From a bacterium (lineage in GTDB: Bacteria; UBA8248; JACPRG01; G963555815), in assembly GCA_963555815.3 (NCBI GenBank), contig CAUVWX020000001.1, positions 832,001 to 896,000 of the forward strand: a stretch of DNA of 64,000 bases. Direction: 5' to 3'. The notes under the pieces are model-generated. The model worked only from the letters and a program-made list of their open reading frames with translations, was not told the DNA's origin and searched no databases. Below are positions 1-8,902 of the stretch, one piece after another. Both the position numbers and the translations under genes were made by a program. Positions within the stretch are counted from its first letter, which is position 1. Each line of letters starts with the position of its first letter.

Positions 1-13
1 ACAGGAGGTCTTT

Positions 14-487
14 ATGAGGCTCAACAACGGTGACCTACTCCCAAGTGTTAGCGGTCCTACTGCGGGCGGGGGAAGTCTGACGATCCCCGAATATTTGAAA
101 CAGGAATGGAATATTGTCCTTTTCTATCGAGGTCACTGGTGACATTTCTGCAATCTGCAGTTTGCAGACTTCGTTGGACACGGCGAAGAGTTTGAAAAGG
201 CGAGCATCGGCATTGTCGCACTATCGGTCGATGGGGAGGAAGACACTCAGAAAATGGTGGAAAAGAACAAGATCGGTTTTCCGGTCATTTACGGGCTGGA
301 CGTGAGGAAAGAAGCCGAAAAGATCGGCGCTTATTTTGACAGTGAGAAGGGTTACCTTCACCCCGCCAACTTCATCGTGCAAAAGGGTAGAGTGATCAAC
401 GCAACCTACTCCAGCGGTCCGTTAGGCCGCCTTCAGGCCCAAAATGCGCTCATGCTCATCAACCACTATCGCGGACAGGCAAAATAG
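14..487 (+). CDS. AhpC/TSA (peroxiredoxin-like, thioredoxin-fold) protein, probable selenoprotein with UxxC motif, 157 aa
   Basis: AGGAGG at 3-8, ATG at 14; frame reads MRLNNGDLLPSV...VLFYRGHW(TGA 140-142)HFCNLQ...IVALSVD... and continues in frame into track ORF 254..487. FYRGxWCPxC is the AhpC/TSA signature and TGA occupies the first Cys position. Confidence 0.88.
154..168 (+). promoter_or_regulatory. Putative bacterial SECIS hairpin
   Basis: TCTGCA-GTT-TGCAGA stem-loop starting 11 nt after the TGA at 140-142, with G first in the apical loop. Confidence 0.65.
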
Positions 488-511
488 GAGGGAATCAGTT
501 CCGGGTTTCCT

Positions 512-530
512 GACGGGGAGCCTCCCCGTC
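512..530. terminator. GC-rich hairpin between convergent genes, possible terminator
   Basis: GACGGGGA-GCC-TCCCCGTC perfect 8-bp stem; no strong U-tract. Confidence 0.4.
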
Positions 531-542
531 CTCAGACTTCGC

Positions 543-662
543 TCAGCAGGGACAATAGCCGTACCCAGTGCCGGAGGCCAGGATGGAATACATCTTCTGC
601 ATCACGTGGTAGAACCGCGTCCAGAACCCTTCCGCCCGGCACTCAGAAACAGTCTCAGCCAT
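543..662 (-). CDS. Putative 39-aa peptide ending in YGYCPC
   Basis: ATG at 662, TGA at 545-543: MAETVSECRAEGFWTRFYHVMQKMYSILASGTGYGYCPC; mostly G/C third positions; weak RBS; below the ORF-track cutoff. Confidence 0.35.
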   Translation of the reverse strand: MAETVSECRAEGFWTRFYHVMQKMYSILASGTGYGYCPC

Positions 663-729
663 CTCTCAGCATTCCCGTCCTTTTAATGATTTCTCTCGAT
701 ACAAGAATAGATGTGCCAAGTGTTTCTTT

Positions 730-1323
730 TCAATACTTCCTCAAGACCCCAACCACGACCCCCTGGATCTGCAGGTCGTTCTCCTTTAGCACGATGGGGC
801 TCATGGATGGGTTCGCGGGCTGAAGGCGGATGTTCCCGTTTTCCCGGTAGAACCGCTTGAGCGTCGCCTCTTTCCCCTGCAGGAGCGCCACGACTGTCTC
901 CCCAATCTCCGCCGTCGACTGCTCTTTGACGATGACGTAGTCCCCGTCCTGAATGTGGTCCTCGATCATGGACTCTCCGCGCACCTGAAGAACGTAGAGG
1001 TCTTTGGCCCCCGCCTCGGTCCAGGGAAAGGTAATGGTCTGCGGATCGACGATAGCCTCAAGGGGGCTCCCGGCGGCGATGTAACCGAGGAGGGGCAGAC
1101 CCGCCGTCTCCGTCCTCTCCAGGACCTCGATAGAGCGGCTTCGATTCCAGCCCCGCTTGATGAGGCCCTTTGAAATGAGGTTCAGGATGTGCTTGTGGAC
1201 TGTTGCCGGCGACGTCAGGCCGAATGCCTTGCCAATCTCATGAAGGCTGGGCGAATAGCCTTTCTCCTTGATGAAATTCTTGACGAAATCCAGGATCTCG
1301 CGCTGTCTCCTGGTCAGATACAT
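730..1323 (-). CDS. lexA: LexA SOS transcriptional repressor
   Basis: MYLTRRQREILDFVK..GYSPSLHEIG winged HTH, Ala-Gly cleavage site (IAAGSP), catalytic Ser (GESM) and Lys (ATLK); start moved to ATG at 1323. Confidence 0.96.
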   Translation of the reverse strand: MYLTRRQREILDFVKNFIKEKGYSPSLHEIGKAFGLTSPATVHKHILNLISKGLIKRGWNRSRSIEVLERTETAGLPLLGYIAAGSPLEAIVDPQTITFPWTEAGAKDLYVLQVRGESMIEDHIQDGDYVIVKEQSTAEIGETVVALLQGKEATLKRFYRENGNIRLQPANPSMSPIVLKENDLQIQGVVVGVLRKY

Positions 1324-1397
1324 CGCATCTCTCCCGTTTCGAAGAAACCTTTTGGTCTCTTGTGATCTTGAAGGGGTCTGAACTTTTTCTGTGTAGA

Positions 1398-1425
1398 ATC
1401 TTAGCGAAACCGAAACGAAAGTCAA
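1398..1425 (-). promoter_or_regulatory. Sigma70-type promoter of lexA
   Basis: Minus strand TTGACT-N16-TAAGAT. Confidence 0.6.
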
Positions 1426-1460
1426 GACAAAAAATTGGGCCCACCCAAGATTTAGCTGGC

Positions 1461-1507
1461 TTGACAAGCGAGAAATCAGGATATACCTTATAGGGGTATA
1501 GGGTATA
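1461..1507 (+). promoter_or_regulatory. csoR operon promoter with CsoR operator
   Basis: TTGACA at 1461-1466, TACCTT 17 nt later; overlapping pseudo-palindrome TATACC-TTATAGG-GGTATA (1482-1500) of the ATACC..GGGGTAT CsoR-box type, plus an extra AGGGTAT half site. Confidence 0.75.
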
Positions 1508-1523
1508 AACTAAGGAGGCCCCA

Positions 1524-1793
1524 ATGATTGACAAAGAGACCAAACAGTCGGCCCTTGGCCGCTTGAACCGGATTGAGGGGCAAATCCGCGGGTTGAAGGG
1601 GATGGTGGAGGCCGAGAAATACTGTATCGACGTCATCCATCAGGTCAACGCCGCCCGCCGGGCCCTGGAGCAGGTCGCCCTCCTGGTGATGAAGCGCCAT
1701 CTGAAGAGCTGTGTCTCTGGGGCCATCCAAGAGGACGACGGTGCCGGGAAGGTCGAGGAGTTCATGGAAAGCATCGACAAGTTCATCCGGTGA
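1524..1793 (+). CDS. csoR: CsoR/RcnR family copper-sensing repressor
   Basis: RLNRIEGQIRG..YCIDV..HLKSC with Cys-His-Cys ligands; AAGGAGG RBS; upstream of copA. Confidence 0.93.
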   Translation: MIDKETKQSALGRLNRIEGQIRGLKGMVEAEKYCIDVIHQVNAARRALEQVALLVMKRHLKSCVSGAIQEDDGAGKVEEFMESIDKFIR

Positions 1794-1823
1794 AAGGCCC
1801 CTTTACGAGGAGGAGGGAGAGCC

Positions 1824-2372
1824 ATGAAGAGGATCTGGATATTATTGGTATCGGTCACAATGATTTTGGGAAGCACCAGCTACGCCTTAGCCGGGGACCG
1901 AAGGACAATGGGCCCTGGGATGATGGGAATGGGCCACGGCATGATGGGGACTGGGATGATGGGCTTTGGTCCTGGAATGATGGGAATGGGCCACGGCATG
2001 ATAGGGCCTGAGATGATGAGGTTCGGTCTTGGCGTCGACCTAACCGAAGATCAGAGGGAACAGTTGACCGACCTCCGGGTCCGGTTTATTCAGGAAAGTG
2101 CCGACATTCAGGCTGAGCTAATCCGGTCCCAAGCGGCCCTCCAGACACTTCTCATCGATCCATCTACCCGGGATGAGGCCATTGAAGCCAAGGTACAGAA
2201 GGTCGCCGCCGCTCAGGCCCGACTCTTCGTCCTGCGAGTCCAGATGAAGCGTGAGATGCAAGAAGTGTTGACGGAAGAGCAGCGCGAGCAGATGATGCGT
2301 GGCTTCTTCCAAGGCCAGAGGCCGACAGCCCCCCATGGCGCGCCAAGGGGCCCCAGGATGCCGGGACGCTAA
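1824..2372 (+). CDS. Periplasmic Spy/CpxP/ZraP-like protein with Met/His/Gly-rich N-terminal region
   Basis: Signal peptide, two LTxxQ motifs (LTEDQ, LTEEQ), MGHGMM repeats. Confidence 0.85.
   Translation: MKRIWILLVSVTMILGSTSYALAGDRRTMGPGMMGMGHGMMGTGMMGFGPGMMGMGHGMIGPEMMRFGLGVDLTEDQREQLTDLRVRFIQESADIQAELIRSQAALQTLLIDPSTRDEAIEAKVQKVAAAQARLFVLRVQMKREMQEVLTEEQREQMMRGFFQGQRPTAPHGAPRGPRMPGR
1911..2024 (+). repeat. Imperfect 57-nt tandem duplication within CDS
   Basis: GPGMMGMGHGMMGTGMMGF / GPGMMGMGHGMIGPEMMRF. Confidence 0.85.
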
Positions 2373-2444
2373 AGCACTTCTCGCAGGCGCCGTTGAGAGG
2401 AAGGCGGCATTCCTAGAAGACTGCCATGAACTGCAGAGGACAAT

Positions 2445-4895
2445 ATGGATGACACCCCCATTAAAGACCACGCCCACATAAGCGGCGGCGGAAAGACAAA
2501 AGACCCCGTCTGCGGGATGGACGTTCAGCCGGAGACTGCCGAACACCGGTACGATCACGATGGCCACACGCATTTCTTTTGCAGCGGCCATTGCCTGCAT
2601 AAATTCCGCCAAGACCCTGCCAAGTATTTAAATTCCTCGCCAGCCGCACGATCTCAACCGGTGGATGTGAAGGGGACATACATCTGCCCGATGGACCCTG
2701 AAGTGCGCCAGGAGGGTCCTGGCTCATGTCCCAAGTGCGGCATGGCCCTCGAGCCGGAACTCGTGACAGCCCCGGCCGTTAAGACAGAGTACGTCTGCCC
2801 CATGCACCCGGAGGTCGTCCAGGGTGAGCCGGGGTCATGCCCCATATGCGGGATGGCCCTTGAGCCCCGCATCGTGACCGCGGAAGAAGAGAACCCAGAG
2901 ATGGTGGACATGACCCGGCGTTTCTGGGTCAGCGTGCCCCTGGCGGCCTCGATCCTCTTCCTCTCCATGTCGGACTTGATACCAGGACAGCCGATTCAGC
3001 GCGCGATTCCACCGCTTCTTTTGGGATGGATTCTGCTGGCGCTTTCCACACCAGTCGTGCTCTGGGGCGGAAAGCCTTTCTTTGAGCGCGGTTGGACCTC
3101 CATCGTCAACCGCAGTCCCAACATGTTCACGCTCATCGCCATTGGCGTCGGCACGGCCTATTTCTACAGCGTGGTCGCTACCCTATTTCCGGGCATCTTC
3201 CCAGACGTGTTCCGCGGCGAAGGGGGTGAGGTGGCTGTCTACTTCGACGCAGCCGCGATGATCATCGCCCTGGTCCTTCTGGGACAGGTGCTGGAGTTGC
3301 GCGCCCGCAGCCGGACCAGCAGCGCCATCAGGGCACTGCTCGGTTTTTCGCCCAAGACGGCCCGGGTAATTCGCGAAGACGGAAACGAAGAGGATATCCC
3401 ATTGGATCAGATCCAACGGGGAGACCGACTTCGGGTCCGTCCCGGCGAGAAGGTGCCGGTGGACGGGAACGTCCTGGAGGGTGTGAGTTCCGTGGACGAG
3501 TCCATGGTGACCGGTGAGCCGATCCCGGTGGAAAAAGCCCCGGGTGGCCGGGTCATCGGAGGGACCGTGAACGGGACGGGCGGGTTTGTGATGAAGGCGG
3601 AGCGTGTGGGCAGCGAAACACTCCTCGCGCAGATTGTCCAGATGGTGAGCGAGGCCCAACGGAGCCGCGCTCCCATCCAGCGTCTGGCGGATGTCGTTTC
3701 CTCTTACTTTGTTCCGGCAGTCGTCCTTGCGGCCATCGCGACATTCATCATCTGGGGTCTCATTGGACCTGAGCCTCGGATGGCCTTCGCCCTGGTCAAC
3801 GCCGTGTCGGTTTTGATCATCGCCTGCCCGTGCGCATTGGGGCTGGCGACGCCGATGTCCATCATGGTGGGGACGGGCCACGGGGCAACTGCCGGTGTGC
3901 TAATTAAGAACGCCGAGGCCCTCGAAATTTTGGAGAAGGTGGACACGCTGGTCGTGGACAAGACCGGGACACTCACAGAAGGCAAGCCCCGTCTGACCTC
4001 GGTGGTGGCCCTCCCGAATAAAAACGATTCAGAAGTCCTGCGCCTGGCCGCGAGTCTGGAGCGGGCCAGCGAACATCCCCTCGCCGCGGCCATCGTGGCC
4101 GGGTCGAAGGAGAAGGGGCTGGAACTCTTCGACGTTGAGGATTTCCGATCCGTCACCGGGAAAGGAGTAGTCGGAAAGATTCAGAAGCAGATCGTGGCCC
4201 TCGGCAACCTGAGCCTTCTTAAAGAATTGGAAATTCCTGCCGGAGATCTGTTGGAGAGGGCGGAAGCGCTGCGAAGGGAAGGCCAGACCGTGATGTTCCT
4301 CGCCGTGGACGGACGCCCGGCCGGACTCCTCGGTGTCGCGGACCCGATCAAAGCGTCTACGCCAGAGGCGATCCGGGCGCTCCATCGGGAGGGAATCAAC
4401 ATCGTCATGCTGACCGGAGACAGCCAAACCACCGCTGAGGCAGTGGCCCGCCAGCTCGGGATCGATGACGTGAAATCGGAGGTGCTGCCCGCGCAGAAAG
4501 GCGAGGTGATCAAGAGACTTCAATCAGAGGGCCATGTGGTGGCGATGGCGGGCGACGGCATCAATGACGCACCCGCCTTGGCCCAGGCCCAGGTCGGCAT
4601 CGCCATGGGGGCGGGCACGGACGTGGCCATTGAAAGCGCCGGGGTGACGCTGGTGAAGGGCAACCTTCGCGGCATCGCCCGGGCCCGCCGGCTCAGCCGG
4701 GGGACGATGCGCAACATCCGGCAGAATCTATTTTTCGCCTTCATCTACAACTCGCTCGGAATCCCCCTGGCGGCGGGCGTCCTTTACCCAGTATTCGGCC
4801 TGCTCCTCAGCCCTATCATCGCCAGTGCGGCGATGACCTTCAGCTCAGTGTCCGTGATCACCAACGCCTTGCGCCTCCGGGGGCTGAACCTCTAA
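2445..4895 (+). CDS. copA: Cu(I)-translocating P1B-type ATPase with YHS and two heavy-metal-binding (CPMxP) domains
   Basis: DPVCGM/FCS..C YHS domain, YxCPM(D/H)P..CPxCGMAL x2, TGE, CPC, DKTGT, SEHP, GDGIND, YN and MxxSS motifs. Confidence 0.96.
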   Translation: MDDTPIKDHAHISGGGKTKDPVCGMDVQPETAEHRYDHDGHTHFFCSGHCLHKFRQDPAKYLNSSPAARSQPVDVKGTYICPMDPEVRQEGPGSCPKCGMALEPELVTAPAVKTEYVCPMHPEVVQGEPGSCPICGMALEPRIVTAEEENPEMVDMTRRFWVSVPLAASILFLSMSDLIPGQPIQRAIPPLLLGWILLALSTPVVLWGGKPFFERGWTSIVNRSPNMFTLIAIGVGTAYFYSVVATLFPGIFPDVFRGEGGEVAVYFDAAAMIIALVLLGQVLELRARSRTSSAIRALLGFSPKTARVIREDGNEEDIPLDQIQRGDRLRVRPGEKVPVDGNVLEGVSSVDESMVTGEPIPVEKAPGGRVIGGTVNGTGGFVMKAERVGSETLLAQIVQMVSEAQRSRAPIQRLADVVSSYFVPAVVLAAIATFIIWGLIGPEPRMAFALVNAVSVLIIACPCALGLATPMSIMVGTGHGATAGVLIKNAEALEILEKVDTLVVDKTGTLTEGKPRLTSVVALPNKNDSEVLRLAASLERASEHPLAAAIVAGSKEKGLELFDVEDFRSVTGKGVVGKIQKQIVALGNLSLLKELEIPAGDLLERAEALRREGQTVMFLAVDGRPAGLLGVADPIKASTPEAIRALHREGINIVMLTGDSQTTAEAVARQLGIDDVKSEVLPAQKGEVIKRLQSEGHVVAMAGDGINDAPALAQAQVGIAMGAGTDVAIESAGVTLVKGNLRGIARARRLSRGTMRNIRQNLFFAFIYNSLGIPLAAGVLYPVFGLLLSPIIASAAMTFSSVSVITNALRLRGLNL

Positions 4896-5147
4896 CACGG
4901 GCCTATCTAGAAGGAGGGCCACGAGCAATCAAACCCCCAATGACGGTAAAGTCCTCCCTTTCGGACGTAGCCAGCTCGATATGGGAATTTCAGCCTTACC
5001 GAACTGGCCATTCAATAGCGTCTGATTCACGCTATAATTAAAGCTAATTTGACAACATTCAGGGGGCCAGCGTCCTTCTCCTGGGTCCGGAAGGTGCCCT
5101 TCGAGGCCTTACCGAGGTCTATCGAGATAATCCTGGATCGCAGGGAG

Positions 5148-5903
5148 ATGAAGTTGCCTGAGGGAAAAATATTCAAGCTTATGCTTGCTTTGAAACTTGC
5201 CCTTCAAAATCCCGCGAAATTCTCAAAATCTACCAAGCGTGGGTTCGATAATTTTTACCGTGATCTACTCTACGAGCACAGCGGAATCCCAACCGTTTCT
5301 CTTGGGGATATTGTCGCTCCGGAAGTGGAGGTAAAATTCCGAGATTTTCTCACACGACATGGCAAATTAAGCGCTCATAAAATTTTTGTGATCTCAACCA
5401 TCGTGGCGCATGAAAAACCCCGCATCATTTTCGAAATCGGGACGTTTGATGGAACTTCAACATTGCAATTGGCTCTAAATTCTCCGGAGAATGCCATTGT
5501 CTATACACTTGACTTCCCTCCGGATGCGAATTCCACAGAGTTTAGTATCGATGCAGGGGACAGAAAATATATTGAAGCGTCATCTTCCATCTCCAGGAAG
5601 TATACTAAATATGAAATTGGGAAAAAGGTTGTCCGGAAGTTGGGCGACTCGGCGAACTTTCCATTTGAGGAAGTTACCTGTAACGGTTGCCCCGATTTTA
5701 TTTTTCTCGATGGAAGCCATAGTTATGACTACATCAAAAACGACACGGAGAAATCGCTAGAGATCCTTGCGCCGAATGGATGTCTCGTATGGGACGACTA
5801 CACTCCGTTTTGGCCCGGTGTATTTGAATACCTGACCGAGTTGGGGCGAGAGTTGCCCATCAAGCGAATCGAAGGTACCAGGCTCGTCTATTACAAAGCG
5901 TGA
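5148..5903 (+). CDS. Class I SAM-dependent methyltransferase (Methyltransf_24-like)
   Basis: IFEIGTFDGTS, FIFLDGSHSY, VWDDY motifs; visibly more AT-rich than flanks; start uncertain (ATG 5148 after GGGAG). Confidence 0.82.
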   Translation: MKLPEGKIFKLMLALKLALQNPAKFSKSTKRGFDNFYRDLLYEHSGIPTVSLGDIVAPEVEVKFRDFLTRHGKLSAHKIFVISTIVAHEKPRIIFEIGTFDGTSTLQLALNSPENAIVYTLDFPPDANSTEFSIDAGDRKYIEASSSISRKYTKYEIGKKVVRKLGDSANFPFEEVTCNGCPDFIFLDGSHSYDYIKNDTEKSLEILAPNGCLVWDDYTPFWPGVFEYLTELGRELPIKRIEGTRLVYYKA

Positions 5904-5995
5904 TCGGTTTTTCTCGTTGGACCAAAGTGGTCGAGTTCTTTCAGGTATCTCTTGATTGCCATGCTGCTCATCGTCCTCTGCACACCCGCGCTAGG

Positions 5996-6250
5996 TTAAC
6001 CCAATAATCTATTCTGGACTCCCTGCAACCTCTTTGACCCCTTCAGAAAATAGCAGCAGAGGGAAGCGGCCAGGAGGACGCCCGTGGTGAGCAGGAAGGC
6101 AGGTCCGTAGCTCCCGATCCGGTCAAAGACAGTTCCGGCGACAAAGGGCCCCAGAATGGAGCCCAGGGCGTGGCCGAAGAGGAGGTATCCATAGAGGGTG
6201 GGAAGGGACTTTCGCCCATAGATCCCGGCGGCGGCGGAGGGCGTAAGGGA
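5996..6250 (-). pseudogene. C-terminal fragment of an MFS transporter
   Basis: YGRKSLPTLYG..GSILGPFVAGTVFDRIGSYGPAF matches the last two helices of MFS (OFA-like) proteins; there is no room for the remaining ~300 aa. Confidence 0.7.
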
Positions 6251-6438
6251 AGAAACGTCTTGATCCTCGCGACAGTTCAATGGGTCAAAGCTCTTGTCCC
6301 ACCCCCATTTTCTTCCAGATCGAACTCCCTAAAAACCTTCCTCTGAACCTTTCTTGCAATCCCAATGGGATCGTGTGATTATTGGAGAATGTTAGAATGA
6401 TCCTGGAAGAACCCAGCCAGGTGAATCAGGAGGGAGTG

Positions 6439-6765
6439 ATGGGTGAAGAAGAAAAGCCCATGAAGAGCGCCATTGAGCTGGCCTTGGAGCGGACGACCCA
6501 CTTCAAGAAGGACGCTGAAAAAGCAGCCCTGCCTAAGGAAAAAATAAAGCGCATCTCAGAGATCGAGAAGGAATATCAGGCCAAGGTGGCTGAGACCGAA
6601 ATCCTCCTGGAGTCAAGGTTCAAGAAGGTCGTGCAGACTTTAGCCCCTGAGGAAGCCCCTATCCATATTGAGGCGCTGCGCGAGGAGTTTCAAAAAGAGC
6701 GGGAATCCCTGAACAAGAAAAAGCTTCTTGAGATCGAGAAGGTCAAAGGACTTCCCCCAACCTAG
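6439..6765 (+). CDS. Hypothetical helical/coiled-coil protein
   Basis: AGGAGGG RBS, MKSAIELALERT N-terminus, charged helical composition. Confidence 0.7.
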   Translation: MGEEEKPMKSAIELALERTTHFKKDAEKAALPKEKIKRISEIEKEYQAKVAETEILLESRFKKVVQTLAPEEAPIHIEALREEFQKERESLNKKKLLEIEKVKGLPPT

Positions 6766-6856
6766 ATCTCCCGTTAAAAAGTTTCCCTTCGAACACCCAG
6801 CCAGCTTTTTAAAGATAGTGCGTCGTTGTATGGGGGTGATGGAGCTAGAGGACCTC

Positions 6857-7381
6857 TCATTCCTTTCGAAGGGGGGCCTCTTCTTGGACAGGCCTTGGGG
6901 CAAAAGGGCTCTGGGTGCTCAGGCCGGGGACCACTTCCGGGCCCGACCCGGGAGGGTCAGGGTTAGGAAAGACAGCGGCGTGGGAGAATCCCTTCCGGAG
7001 ACGGTAGAAGAAGAAGTAACTGAGCTGTCGGGGGGCATTGGTGACCTGGTCGATCAGGAGGTGGAGGAGGTAGCCGAGGACCGCCCCCAAGAGCCAGAAG
7101 TTTGAAGAATACCACCAGACGGCAAGGCCGCAGAGGGGGACCCACTCATAGGCGTGGAGGGGGAGATAGACCGATCGGGGATGTGGCTTCTGGAACCCTA
7201 GACAAGCGAGGTGGCGGAAGCCCTTCCGCCAACCCCATGTCCCGACAAAGTCGGGTATGTGGTCGAGGTCAACGAGCCAGCCAGAGAGGAAAAAGCCGGT
7301 TCCCATCTCGATGGACCCTGTGGCAAGGCCGATAAGGGCCCCCCCGGCCGCCGAGACCCCAATGTGCCCCGCCGCGTTCAC
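6857..7381 (-). CDS. Membrane-bound metal-dependent hydrolase (YdjM-like)
   Basis: N-terminal His, DLDH, PLHAYE and HLLID motifs with hydrophobic segments; AAGGAG is not upstream, start uncertain. Confidence 0.7.
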   Translation of the reverse strand: MNAAGHIGVSAAGGALIGLATGSIEMGTGFFLSGWLVDLDHIPDFVGTWGWRKGFRHLACLGFQKPHPRSVYLPLHAYEWVPLCGLAVWWYSSNFWLLGAVLGYLLHLLIDQVTNAPRQLSYFFFYRLRKGFSHAAVFPNPDPPGSGPEVVPGLSTQSPFAPRPVQEEAPLRKE

Positions 7382-7478
7382 AAGGAGAATACCCCCTCGA
7401 GGGGGCCGAGAATAACCCGCCCGCTTGGCCCTTTGGGATTAGGATTTGGCAAGAAGGTCTGGATGAGAGCCGCCCCCG

Positions 7479-7715
7479 TCAGTCTCCCGCCATCTGGCCT
7501 CGGAGCCGCTCCTTTTTCCACTTCTTCTTTAGATAGTTGATGACCAGGATCTCCACCATCTCCTCGGCGGCCTCCCGGTCCTCTCCGAAACCGTAGAATT
7601 CTTTTTCGACCTCCGGCCCCTGGCCTTCCGTCAGGAGGATCGCCCTGGATTCCCATTTCCCTTCGCCTGGGCTTGTCTCGATCTCGACGGCCCGATCCAG
7701 GACAGCCTTTCTCAT
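7479..7715 (-). CDS. Hypothetical protein
   Basis: GGAGG RBS, 78-aa ORF co-oriented with neighbours. Confidence 0.65.
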   Translation of the reverse strand: MRKAVLDRAVEIETSPGEGKWESRAILLTEGQGPEVEKEFYGFGEDREAAEEMVEILVINYLKKKWKKERLRGQMAGD

Positions 7716-7765
7716 GGCAACCTCCCTTCGGGGCCAGGCTTGCCCCTCAAGGTTCCATTCCTATT

Positions 7766-8559
7766 TCAAGCGTCCTTCGCGATGGCGCGGCAGGCCTCCG
7801 CGTTGGTGGCACTCACCCGATCGACGAGGGCCGAGAGGACAGACTGGTCGAGCCCCATCTGGCGGGCCATATCGAACTGGGCCTGGACTTCCCGCTCAAG
7901 CCCTCGCGTGATGCTGACAGAAAGACGGATGAACAGAACCTCACGCTCCGTGAGGAGACCCGTTTCGACCGCGCCCTCTGATCGGCCTTCAACACCCTGG
8001 GCCGAGTTCGAGGTTGCCCAACTGTCTTTGGGCTCTCCGCGTTCTGCGTCCGGGGGGCGGACATTGACAGCCTGAATACCTTGGGGGAACTGAGCTACGT
8101 CAAATTCCACCAGCTGGTTCTCATGAAGGCCAGTGAAGTTCAAACCTTGCAACTTGGAGCAGTGAAAGAAGAGGTCCTCCCCTTGTACCGTCTCAATAAA
8201 TCCAAAACCCCGCTCACTAACGATCCGCTTAATTCTCCCCTTGGATATACTGCTCTGATTATTTCCACCTTCACGCCGCCTTGCCCCCCCCCCCTGAGAG
8301 TCTCTCTCCGGGAGGCGGGGAACTGGGTCCAGGACGAGGTGCCAACAAATTCAGCTCTCTGATCCCTTGGCGAAGACTGTCTCCCCAAAAACCTTCTTTC
8401 GGGTCCAGAAGCTTCCCAACTTTCTCCCGGACCTCTTTCTTCCCCCTCTTGATCAAAAGTCTCCGCTCTCTTTTCTTGCTGATCTAAGGATCCCTCTATC
8501 TCTTCTGGATCCAAGGGGTCTCTCTCTTCTTGATCTAAGAATTCCTCTCTGTCTTCCAC
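7766..8559 (-). CDS. Cold-shock-domain protein with acidic N-terminal region and CMD-like tail, frameshifted at a G11 tract (8284-8294)
   Basis: The frame of ORF 7766..8152 extends upstream as SKGRIKRIVSERGFGFIETVQGEDLFFHCSKL (RNP1/RNP2) with no start codon; adding one G joins it to ORF 8140..8559. Confidence 0.78.
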
Positions 8560-8564
8560 GGCCG

Positions 8565-8756
8565 TCAGGCCTCCATATCCAACAAAGACTTCTTAATATT
8601 GAAGAGCTTTCCGTCGCCCTTCTTGATTAAGACCAGCTCTCCTTCCCATTCCTTCACAATCTCCACCTCTTCTCCACTTTGGAACTCTATTGACTCTGTT
8701 TCTCCCTCCTTTCCCATCCGAAGATAGGCAGTGAACGCTTCCTTCACCTTTGCCAT
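8565..8756 (-). CDS. Small hypothetical protein, possibly SH3-like beta barrel
   Basis: MAKVKEAFTAY..IEFQSGEEVEIVKEW pattern; GAGG RBS; upstream TTGACA promoter. Confidence 0.65.
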   Translation of the reverse strand: MAKVKEAFTAYLRMGKEGETESIEFQSGEEVEIVKEWEGELVLIKKGDGKLFNIKKSLLDMEA

Positions 8757-8902
8757 GTTTTCTAAACCCTCAATGATAACTGTCCAAGCTGCCTTTCCCC
8801 CGGAGACACATCTCTGGTCCGGGGGCCACCGCCGCAAGATATAGGGAGCAACCCCAGATTGTCAACGAAGTGCGCTCTACCAGTTCGGGCCTATATTTCT
8901 TT

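Noticed and set aside
114..305. 63-aa ORF overlapping the first gene
   Set aside because: Alternative frame of the Sec-containing peroxiredoxin-like gene; no motif or RBS.
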